A stretch of DNA of 41,235 nt from positions 1 to 41,235 of the IMG/VR virus record IMGVR_UViG_3300042465_002648. The stretch is one strand, 5' to 3'. The position numbers and the translations under genes are program-made. Shown one piece after another: positions 33,345 to 41,235 of this stretch (within the stretch, counting starts at the first letter, position 1; every line of letters begins with the position of its first letter). Under the pieces are notes generated by a model that had not been told where the DNA came from, did no database searches, and saw nothing but the letters and a program-made list of their open reading frames with translations. Source of the DNA: a virus. Taxonomy: Duplodnaviria > Caudoviricetes.

Positions 33345-34073
33345 ATGAAAACACTCACAAGAAAGCAGATCAGGGAAGGTCTAGAGCAAGTGCCAATGAC
33401 TGAGCTTCTAGGCGTTTCCGATAGAGCTTTGACAGGGAAACAAAAAGAGTTCGCGAAAGGTCTCGCACTCGGTAAGACGAAGGCGGACGCATACCGGCAG
33501 AGCCACAAGAAGGAGGCGACGAAGGCGACGCTCGCGTGTGAGCCTTACAAGCTGGCCAGTGACCCAAGGATAGCCCTTGAGGTCGAGGCGTATAAGCTGG
33601 CCATTGAGTCGGCTAAACATCGCACCCCTGAAGCCTTGAGGTCGTTGGTAATTCAATCCCTTGTCCAAGTATTGATTGACCCTGAAGCAAAGCAGGCGAC
33701 GAAGGTACAGGCGAGCAAGGTACTTGGCACCGTCACAGAGGTTTCGGCTTTCACTGAGAGGCGCGAGGTGCGTCACATCCGGTCTAGTGAGGACACCAAG
33801 GCCAAGATCATGGGGCAGTTGCGTGAGATGCTGAAGGCGGGCGCGGAGGATGTGACATTCGTGGAGGCGGACACCCTTTTGCGCGAGCTTGCGGGCGAGA
33901 CCCACCCGTCCCCGACCCCCCCGAATGACGTTGCGGAGTCCCAAGATCCTATACATACTATTCAACCCGAACGATCAGTAGAAAAATCCGATTCGGCCCC
34001 ACCCCCAGAAAAAGTTTCTGGCAGCATACCCACCCATGCGTTCAGGGAAGACACCCCGGGTAGAAATGATTAA
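33345..34073 (+). CDS. terS: Terminase small subunit
   Basis: LTGKQKEFA...ADAYR N-terminal HTH; position upstream of TerL. Confidence 0.75.
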   Translation: MKTLTRKQIREGLEQVPMTELLGVSDRALTGKQKEFAKGLALGKTKADAYRQSHKKEATKATLACEPYKLASDPRIALEVEAYKLAIESAKHRTPEALRSLVIQSLVQVLIDPEAKQATKVQASKVLGTVTEVSAFTERREVRHIRSSEDTKAKIMGQLREMLKAGAEDVTFVEADTLLRELAGETHPSPTPPNDVAESQDPIHTIQPERSVEKSDSAPPPEKVSGSIPTHAFREDTPGRND

Positions 34074-34152
34074 TGATTTCTACAAAATATTTTTCTAGAA
34101 AATTTGCAGAAATGATTAATGATTTCTACGCAGAAATGATAAATGAATTCTA
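34061..34152. promoter_or_regulatory. Three tandem operator-like palindromes
   Basis: 34061-34082, 34107-34128, 34131-34152. Confidence 0.7.
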
Positions 34153-34448
34153 GAGTTCAAATTAATCCCAAGATGACGGCTCGAAAGAGCGACAAGACGT
34201 TTAACGAGTGTATGGAGGTAGAGATGACCCCGGTGCAGAAGGAAGTGTTTTTGATTATTGATGAGTGGTGGAAGAGGTATGGGTTTAGTCCCAGTCTTAA
34301 GGACATAGCTCACCAGCGTGGAAAGATGAGTATGTCAAATACTTCAAAAATAATTAAGCGGCTTGTGAATATAGGTGTTATAAAGAAGGTTGATAGACAG
34401 GGTAGGACGATTAGACCTGTATACATAAACTTCAGGAACCTTGAATAA
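34143..34448 (+). CDS. LexA N-terminal-like winged-helix DNA-binding protein
   Basis: MTPVQKEVF...GFSPSLKDIA...LVNIGVI; no peptidase domain; start uncertain. Confidence 0.75.
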   Translation: MNSRVQINPKMTARKSDKTFNECMEVEMTPVQKEVFLIIDEWWKRYGFSPSLKDIAHQRGKMSMSNTSKIIKRLVNIGVIKKVDRQGRTIRPVYINFRNLE

Positions 34449-34456
34449 AGTCACAC

Positions 34457-35947
34457 ATGAAGCTAGAAGAGTTGATTGATAGTTTGCCGGAGAACGAGAA
34501 GGATTTGTTCTTATCGGAGGTGGAGGACTATAAGAGTGCGCTTGTGCGGGAGAAGGCGCAGGTGTCTTTTATGGACTATATCAAGACGATGTGGCCCGGT
34601 TTCGTTTCTGGAAGACACCACTCTTTAATGGCTAAGAAGTTTGAGGATGTAGCTAATGGGAAGATTAAGAGATTAATCATCAATATGGCTCCTCGGCATA
34701 CTAAGAGTGAATTTGCAAGTTATCTGTTGCCGTCGTGGTTCCTTGGGAAGTTTCCTAATAAGAAGGTTATCCAATGTTCTAACACGGCTGACCTCGCGGT
34801 GGGATTCGGTAGGAAGGTACGTAACTTAGTAGACAGTGAACAGTACTCTAAAATTTTTCCTAACGTTTCTCTACGGCAAGACTCTAAAGCTGCTGGCCGC
34901 TGGGCGACGAACGGGGGCGGAGAATACTTCGCTATTGGCGTTGGAGGAACTGTTACCGGAAAAGGTGCGGATCTTTTAATTATTGACGATCCCCACTCTG
35001 AACAGGAAGCGGCTTTAGCTCAGGGGGATCCTACGGTCTTTGACAAGATTTATGAATGGTACACCTCTGGCCCTAGACAACGTTTACAGCCGGGAGGTAC
35101 GATTGTTGTAGTGATGACCAGATGGTCGGAGAAAGACCTGACTGGTAGGATCATTAAGGATGCAGCAAGTAGGGATAGGGGTGAGGAGTGGGAGGTAATA
35201 GAACTACCCGCGATCATGCCCAGTGGTAAACCTCTATGGCCAGAGTTTTGGAGCTTGGAAGAACTAGAGGCTCTGAGAGATGAATTGCCTCCTTCTAAGT
35301 GGAATGCACAGTATCAGCAGAACCCTACGGGAGAAGAGGGTGCTTTAGTTAAACGGGAGTGGTGGAAGATTTGGGAGCATGAAGATCCTCCTAGGTGTGA
35401 ATTTATCATTCAGAGTTGGGATACGGCATTTACTAAGAATGAGCGATCAGACTATTCCGCCTGCGTGACCCTTGGCGTTTTTCATCTAAATGAGAACCCC
35501 GAAGATATAAATATTATTTTGTTAGATGCTTTCCAAAAGAGGATGGAGTTTCCTGAATTGAAGGAGAAAGCGTTTAACCACTATAAGGATTGGGAGCCGG
35601 ATGCTTTTGTTGTGGAAGCTAAAGCTGCTGGCGCTCCACTAATTTTTGAACTCCGGAGGATGGGGATTGTGGTGAGTGAATACACCCCGTCTAGAGGTAA
35701 TGATAAATTTGTGCGACTAAACTCGGTGACTGATTTGTTCAAGTCGGGTAAAGTATGGGCACCTGATACGAGGTGGGCGCACGAGTTAGTTGAGCAGATG
35801 GCTGCGTTTCCGAATGCTGACCATGATGACTTGGTTGATGCTTGTGTACAAGGACTAATTCGTTTCAGACAAGGTGGATTTTTGCGGCTTGATTCAGACG
35901 AGCGTGAAGATCTAATCGGCTTCAGAAAGAAGCACGTTTACTATTGA
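34457..35947 (+). CDS. terL: Terminase large subunit
   Basis: PRHTKS Walker A, LLIIDDP Walker B, MTRW, SWDTA, HDDLVD nuclease motifs. Confidence 0.95.
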   Translation: MKLEELIDSLPENEKDLFLSEVEDYKSALVREKAQVSFMDYIKTMWPGFVSGRHHSLMAKKFEDVANGKIKRLIINMAPRHTKSEFASYLLPSWFLGKFPNKKVIQCSNTADLAVGFGRKVRNLVDSEQYSKIFPNVSLRQDSKAAGRWATNGGGEYFAIGVGGTVTGKGADLLIIDDPHSEQEAALAQGDPTVFDKIYEWYTSGPRQRLQPGGTIVVVMTRWSEKDLTGRIIKDAASRDRGEEWEVIELPAIMPSGKPLWPEFWSLEELEALRDELPPSKWNAQYQQNPTGEEGALVKREWWKIWEHEDPPRCEFIIQSWDTAFTKNERSDYSACVTLGVFHLNENPEDINIILLDAFQKRMEFPELKEKAFNHYKDWEPDAFVVEAKAAGAPLIFELRRMGIVVSEYTPSRGNDKFVRLNSVTDLFKSGKVWAPDTRWAHELVEQMAAFPNADHDDLVDACVQGLIRFRQGGFLRLDSDEREDLIGFRKKHVYY

Positions 35948-35954
35948 GGCTCTC

Positions 35955-38318
35955 ATGGAAAAATCTTTATACGAAATGCCACAAGGCATAGATGCCTTAC
36001 AAGGCCCAGAAATTGAAATTGAAGTTGAAGATCCAAAGTCTATGTCTATTGAGATAGATGGGATTGAGATTGATTTGACTCCTCCGGCTGGAGAAGACGA
36101 ATTTGACGACAACTTGGCTGAGTTTATTGACGAAGGAACTTTAGCTACGATTGGCTCTGATCTGGTAGAAGAGGTGTCTAGCGATGTGACATCTCGTAAA
36201 GACTGGGTGGAGATGTATGTCAAGGGTCTAGATGTTTTGGGGATGAAGTATGAAGAACGTACTGAGCCGTGGAATGGCGCTTGTGGAGTTTTCTCTACGA
36301 TCCTTACAGAAGCTGCGGTTCGGTTCCAGAGTGAAACGATTATTGAAACGTTCCCAGCGGCGGGGCCAGTCAAAACTGAAATTATTGGTGCAATTGACCG
36401 ACTTAAAACTGAAGCGGCTGCGCGAGTTCAGGAGGACATGAACTATAAACTTACGGAAGAGATGCCTGAGTATCGCCCTGAGCACGAGAGAATGTTGTTT
36501 AACTTAGGACTTGCTGGATCAGCTTTTAAGAAAGTTTATTACGATCCTAGCCTTGGCCGCCAGACTTCTGTTTATGTACCAGCCGAGGATGTAATTATTC
36601 CTTATGGCTCTAGTAGCTCTAGGACTGCTGAACGTGTGACTCACATCATGCGTAAGTCTAAGAATGAACTAAAGAAGTTACAGGTAGCAGGTTTCTATGT
36701 TGATGTAGAACTAGGAGAACCTAGTAACTTACACACTGACGTAGAGAAGAAGAAAGCGGACGAGCAGGGTTACTCAGTAACTGACGACGACCGCTACCAA
36801 ATTTATGAAATCCAAGTTGACTATGATTTGCCGGGCTATGAAGATGAAGATGGCATTGCTTTACCTTACATCATCACGATTGACGTTGGAACTAATAAGG
36901 TTCTGTCTATTTACAGAAACTGGGATGAGAAAGATAAGAAGCGCCTTAAGCGCCAGCACTTTGTTCAGTACGATTATGTACCCGGCTTTGGTGCTTATGG
37001 CTTTGGTTTCATACACCTTATTGGTGGTTATGCCCGGGCCGGTACATCTCTTATTAGACAACTCATTGACGCTGGCACACTAAGCAATCTGCCCGGCGGC
37101 TTGAAGTCTAGAGGTTTACGAGTAAAGGGTGATGACACTCCTATCGCTCCCGGCGAGTTCAGGGATGTAGACGTACCAAGTGGGTCTATCAAAGACAACA
37201 TCATGATGCTTCCTTATAAGGAGCCATCACAAGTTTTGTCTATGTTGTTAGATAAGGTCACTGAAGAGGGTCGTCGTTTGGGATCTATTGCTGATATGAA
37301 CATCAGTGATATGTCTGCTAATTCTCCTGTGGGAACTACGTTAGCTTTGTTAGAGCGTCAGTTGAAAACGATGTCTGCTGTGCAGGCGCGGGTTCACTAC
37401 GCTATGAAGCAAGAGTTCAAGATTTTAAAAGCGATCATTCGTGACTACGCTCCTACAGAGTATGAGTACGAACCTACATCTGGTACGAGGATGGCTAAGC
37501 AGGAAGACTATGACATGGTAGATGTCATTCCTGTATCTGATCCTAATAGCTCGACAATGGCTCAGCGCATCATGCAGTACCAAGCTGTAATGCAGATGGC
37601 GCAGCAAGCTCCTCAGATCTACAACTTACCTAACTTACATCGTCAGATGATTGAAGTTTTGGGCATTAAGAATGGCGAGAAGCTAGTCCCAACTCCTGAC
37701 GACGAACAACCACGCGATCCTATTAGTGAAAACATGGCGTTCTTGAAGGGTGAACCTACTAAGGCGTTCATCTATCAAGATCAAGATGCTCACATTGCGG
37801 CTCATACTACGTTTATGCAAGACCCGATGATTGCTGCAACGATGGGGCAGAACCCTATGGCTCAGCAAATGATGGCTGCTGTTCAAGCTCACATCGCGGA
37901 ACACTTAGGATTCTTGTACAGACGCAAGATTGAAGAGCAAATGGGTGTACCACTGCCTCCGCCAAACGAAAGATTGCCAGAAGATGTGGAAGTTCAGTTG
38001 TCAAAGCTTATTGCCGAGGCAAGTGCCCAGCTTTTACAGAGCAATACCGCTATGGCTCAGCAGAAACAAGCTCAACAACAGGCGCAAGATCCGCTTATTC
38101 AGATGCAACAGGCTGAATTGCAGATCAAAGCGGAGGAAGTTAAGCGTAAATCTGCAAAAGATCAGGCGGATATGGCTCTGGCTCAGGCTAGATTGGCCAT
38201 TGATGCTGAAAGGATCAAGGCTGAGAGCCAGAGAGAGGTTATGCGCCTGCAATCCCAGCAGAAACAGACCGAACAGAAGCTTAAAGCTGATGTGATTACC
38301 AAAATGACGCGAGGCTAA
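35955..38318 (+). CDS. Portal protein
   Basis: Follows TerL; AGSAFKKVYYD; long Gln-rich C-terminal coil as in P22-like portals. Confidence 0.88.
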   Translation: MEKSLYEMPQGIDALQGPEIEIEVEDPKSMSIEIDGIEIDLTPPAGEDEFDDNLAEFIDEGTLATIGSDLVEEVSSDVTSRKDWVEMYVKGLDVLGMKYEERTEPWNGACGVFSTILTEAAVRFQSETIIETFPAAGPVKTEIIGAIDRLKTEAAARVQEDMNYKLTEEMPEYRPEHERMLFNLGLAGSAFKKVYYDPSLGRQTSVYVPAEDVIIPYGSSSSRTAERVTHIMRKSKNELKKLQVAGFYVDVELGEPSNLHTDVEKKKADEQGYSVTDDDRYQIYEIQVDYDLPGYEDEDGIALPYIITIDVGTNKVLSIYRNWDEKDKKRLKRQHFVQYDYVPGFGAYGFGFIHLIGGYARAGTSLIRQLIDAGTLSNLPGGLKSRGLRVKGDDTPIAPGEFRDVDVPSGSIKDNIMMLPYKEPSQVLSMLLDKVTEEGRRLGSIADMNISDMSANSPVGTTLALLERQLKTMSAVQARVHYAMKQEFKILKAIIRDYAPTEYEYEPTSGTRMAKQEDYDMVDVIPVSDPNSSTMAQRIMQYQAVMQMAQQAPQIYNLPNLHRQMIEVLGIKNGEKLVPTPDDEQPRDPISENMAFLKGEPTKAFIYQDQDAHIAAHTTFMQDPMIAATMGQNPMAQQMMAAVQAHIAEHLGFLYRRKIEEQMGVPLPPPNERLPEDVEVQLSKLIAEASAQLLQSNTAMAQQKQAQQQAQDPLIQMQQAELQIKAEEVKRKSAKDQADMALAQARLAIDAERIKAESQREVMRLQSQQKQTEQKLKADVITKMTRG

Positions 38319-39077
38319 ATGACAAAACCCCTAGTTTCTCTATTAATGCCAGCTTATAACTCGGCCAGATACATTAAATATGCAGTTGATAGTGTATTGA
38401 AGCAGACTTATGAGAACTGGGAGTTGATTATTGTCGATGACTGCTCTGATGACGGGACATGGGAGGTGGCATATATGTTATCTACCTATGATTCCCGCAT
38501 TAAAGCGTACAGAAATGAAGAAAACTTGGGGATTGTCAAGAATCGCAAGCGGGCCTATACGTTATCTACGGGTGATTTGGTAGGTCATCTAGATAATGAC
38601 GACATATTAGAGAGATATTCACTGGATGAGATGGTTAGAAGCTTCGATCAGCTACCAAATGTAGGATTAATCTACTCAGATCTGGCTCAAATTGGTGAAA
38701 AAGGTGAACATCAACTGTATTCTGAGAGTAAAACCTTTGATATTAACGTTTTGCACCAGCATGGATGGCGGCATTTTGGGATGTATCGCCGAAAAGTAAT
38801 GGATGTTATAGACGGATATAACGAAAAACTGGTCAGTGCGTGTGAAGATGGGGATCTTTTCATGCAAATTTCAGAGAAATTTCCCATCGTTAGACTGCCT
38901 AAAGTGTTGTATTTATACCGCGCACACTCAGGAAATAACAGTGCAAACAACAAAAAGTGCGAAAGCTGCGAGGAGCGGCCAGTTTGCAATTACATGAGAG
39001 TGTGGAGTAAGTCCGCTAAATTCGATCCTATAACTTTTAAACCATTAGAGGTGCATCATGGAACTGAAAATATTTGA
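38319..39077 (+). CDS. Glycosyltransferase family 2
   Basis: VSLLMPAYN, IIVDDCSDD, LDNDD, EDGD motifs. Confidence 0.92.
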   Translation: MTKPLVSLLMPAYNSARYIKYAVDSVLKQTYENWELIIVDDCSDDGTWEVAYMLSTYDSRIKAYRNEENLGIVKNRKRAYTLSTGDLVGHLDNDDILERYSLDEMVRSFDQLPNVGLIYSDLAQIGEKGEHQLYSESKTFDINVLHQHGWRHFGMYRRKVMDVIDGYNEKLVSACEDGDLFMQISEKFPIVRLPKVLYLYRAHSGNNSANNKKCESCEERPVCNYMRVWSKSAKFDPITFKPLEVHHGTENI

Positions 39078-39255
39078 AGTTCTTAATCAAAAGATTAATG
39101 AACGTGTACAAGATTTGACTGGATCTTTATGTGATGGCGTGGCTAAAGACTACGCTGATTACAAAGGTATGTGCGGAGTAATCAAGGGTCTACGAACCGC
39201 GCAGTATGAGTTGAATGACCTTTTAAGAAAAATTAAGGATGATGACGATGAGTGA
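39058..39255 (+). CDS. Conserved small head-module protein
   Basis: DYADYKGMCGVIKGL motif; position after the portal. Confidence 0.7.
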   Translation: MELKIFEVLNQKINERVQDLTGSLCDGVAKDYADYKGMCGVIKGLRTAQYELNDLLRKIKDDDDE

Positions 39256-39655
39256 ATTTGATGTGTCTGCTGTTGATCTATCTGGTCTTCTCAACAAAGA
39301 TCCAGAGGAAAAAGCACGACAAGTGCCCGATCCCGCTACTTATCACCTTCTGTGCATGCTTCCAAAAGCAGAAGATGAATATAGCGAAACCGGCATTTTA
39401 AAGTCCACCACGGCAATGCACCATGAAGAATTGCTTTCTCCCGTCTTGTTTGTGGCCAAGATTGGCCCAGACGCTTTCAAAGACGAAAAGCGATTTCCTT
39501 CAGGGGCTTCATGCAAAGTTGGAGACTTCATCATTACGCGACCTAATACTGGGACGCGAATGAAAATACACGGTACCGAGTGGCGACTTATCAACGACGA
39601 TAGCGTTGAGGCGGTTGTTCAGGATCCCCGTGGAATTCAGCGACCTAACTATTAA
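39239..39655 (+). CDS. groES: GroES-like co-chaperonin
   Basis: TGIL mobile loop, VAKIGP, KVGDFI, RLINDDSVEAVV. Confidence 0.8.
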   Translation: MMTMSEFDVSAVDLSGLLNKDPEEKARQVPDPATYHLLCMLPKAEDEYSETGILKSTTAMHHEELLSPVLFVAKIGPDAFKDEKRFPSGASCKVGDFIITRPNTGTRMKIHGTEWRLINDDSVEAVVQDPRGIQRPNY

Positions 39656-39665
39656 GGAGTAGTCT

Positions 39666-40592
39666 ATGGAAAATTTTAATAAAGAAGAGTTTACTTTTCC
39701 TGATGAAGAAAAGAAACCTGCTGTTGAAGATGATGGCGGGGTAGATGTAGAGATTCAAACATCTGCGCCAGCCAAAAAAACAACAGTTTCTAATGACGAT
39801 GATGAGATTGAAAAGTATGACGAAAAGGTAAAGAAGCGTATAGCTGACTTACAGTCTGGTTTTCATAGCGAACGTCGTCGTGCCGAGGAAGCTGCTCGCG
39901 AGCGGGAAGAGGCTATTGCCTTTGCCCAATCAGTGGCCGAAGAGAATAAAAAGCTCAAAGGTTCATTATCCGAGGGGCAGTCAGCATTATTAGAGCAGGC
40001 TAAAAAAGTAGTCTCTAATGAGGTGGACGAAGCCAAACGACGCTATAAAAATGCTTATGAATCAGGTGATTCTGACGCTTTAGTTGAGGCTCAGGAGTTA
40101 TTAACTTCTGCCAAAATTAAAATGGAGCGAGTAAATAATTTCAAACCCGCTTTACAAAAAGAAGAAAATGAAGTAAAAATCGCACCTAGGGAAGTCCCTC
40201 GTCAACCGCAAGCAGACCCTAAAGCTGCTAGATGGCAAAGCGAGAATTCTTGGTTCGGTAGCGATGATGAGATGACCAGCTTTGCTCTGGGCTTGCATAC
40301 CAAGCTCATTAAGAATGGCATTGACCCTAACTCCGACGAATATTATGCGCGACTTAATTCGCGAATTCGCCAAGTGTTTCCAGAGAACTTCGATCTGGAA
40401 AACAACGAATCGGAAACTCAGCAGAGTCAATCCGCTCCTCGTCAAAAATCGAATGTCGTCGCACCTGCGACAAGGAGCACCTCATCTTCCAAGATACGGC
40501 TCACTCCATTTCAGGTAACGATGGCTAAGAAGTTCGGTGTATCTCACGAACTGATGGCTCAAAAAATTGCAGAATTAAGAAAAGGTAATTGA
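39666..40592 (+). CDS. Putative capsid scaffolding protein
   Basis: Acidic N-terminus, coiled coil, W..ENSWFG motif; position in the head module. Confidence 0.7.
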   Translation: MENFNKEEFTFPDEEKKPAVEDDGGVDVEIQTSAPAKKTTVSNDDDEIEKYDEKVKKRIADLQSGFHSERRRAEEAAREREEAIAFAQSVAEENKKLKGSLSEGQSALLEQAKKVVSNEVDEAKRRYKNAYESGDSDALVEAQELLTSAKIKMERVNNFKPALQKEENEVKIAPREVPRQPQADPKAARWQSENSWFGSDDEMTSFALGLHTKLIKNGIDPNSDEYYARLNSRIRQVFPENFDLENNESETQQSQSAPRQKSNVVAPATRSTSSSKIRLTPFQVTMAKKFGVSHELMAQKIAELRKGN

Positions 40593-40593
40593 T

Positions 40594-41052
40594 ATGTCTG
40601 AAACTCAAACTCGTGCTAAGCGTGACACTGAAAGCCGTGAGGCTGTTGCCCGTCCAAAACATTGGATGCCGCCCCAGCTTTTGCCTGATCCTCATCCAGA
40701 GCCGGGCTATGCTTTCCGTTGGATCCGTGTTAGTACCTTGAACAAGTCTGACGCTACCAATATCTCTTCAAAACTGCGTGAAGGCTGGGAACCTGTAAAG
40801 GCTTCTGACCATCCTGAAATCCGTTTGTTTGGATCTAGCGGTAACGCACAGTTTCCAGATAGCGTTGAAGTCGGTGGTTTGTTACTTTGCAAAACCCCTG
40901 TAGAGTTTACTGAACAGCGTAATGCGTATTATCGCCAGCAGGCGGATGCTCAGATGCAGTCGGTAGACAATACTTATATGCGCGAAAATGATCCACGGAT
41001 GCCTATGTTCAAAGAACGTAAGTCCACGGTCACTTTCGGAAAAGGTACTTAA
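40594..41052 (+). CDS. Conserved head-module hypothetical protein
   Basis: GYAFRWIR, REGWEPV, VGGLLLCK motifs. Confidence 0.7.
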   Translation: MSETQTRAKRDTESREAVARPKHWMPPQLLPDPHPEPGYAFRWIRVSTLNKSDATNISSKLREGWEPVKASDHPEIRLFGSSGNAQFPDSVEVGGLLLCKTPVEFTEQRNAYYRQQADAQMQSVDNTYMRENDPRMPMFKERKSTVTFGKGT

Positions 41053-41069
41053 ATTTTTTGGAGACTTAA

Positions 41070-41235
41070 ATGTCAATGACCAATACTCCCTATGGCTTAC
41101 GAGCCATAAATCGTAACGACGGTATGCCTTATGCCGGTGCTACGAGTCAGTTCTTGATTGACCCAGCAGGTCTTGGTTCCAACTTGTTCTTTGGACAAGC
41201 TGTAATCATTAATGCTAACGGTTATATCGCTTTGT
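41070..41235 (+). CDS. Capsid-associated protein, 3'-truncated
   Basis: GGAG RBS; MSMTNTPYGLRAIN...; open to the window end. Confidence 0.55.
   Translation, partial: MSMTNTPYGLRAINRNDGMPYAGATSQFLIDPAGLGSNLFFGQAVIINANGYIAL

Noticed and set aside
34061-34152. Fur boxes or a mini-CRISPR
   Set aside because: The core is one base longer than the Fur consensus, and spacing between copies (24 and 2 bp) is irregular.
34143-34448. True LexA/CI repressor indicating a temperate lifestyle
   Set aside because: Only the wHTH domain is present, with no S24 peptidase, and no integrase is seen in the window.

Overview
This 41 kb window is part of a tailed dsDNA phage genome with a podovirus-like layout, probably from a freshwater Betaproteobacteria-infecting group (host is inferred). 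In order: virion ejection/internal-protein genes (1-13396, +), including a 1999-aa polyvalent protein; a minus-strand recombination operon (Ref-like nuclease, SSB-like, ERF, Cas4-like exonuclease); a plus-strand block with a resolvase-like nuclease, several structured non-coding RNAs, a methyltransferase, small ORFs, a ParB-like protein, an SF2 helicase and a Toprim primase; a minus-strand array of small early-type genes, seven of which share an identical 16-nt start sequence; and the packaging/head module (TerS, wHTH, TerL, portal, GT2, GroES, scaffold). The standout is at 17365-18956 (-). A sigma70 promoter drives a non-coding array of four units. Each unit is a period-5 (GGN-NN, mostly GGY)x12-15 tract followed by a ~42-nt covarying hairpin. 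The array leads directly into a solitary RAMP/Cas7-like gene and a coupled accessory gene. This looks like a compact, non-CRISPR, RNA-guided system with a non-contiguous guide code, resembling VIPR-type systems as I recall them (not verified). A nearby candidate sRNA is complementary to that gene's ribosome-binding site. All calls were made by eye; no searches were run.
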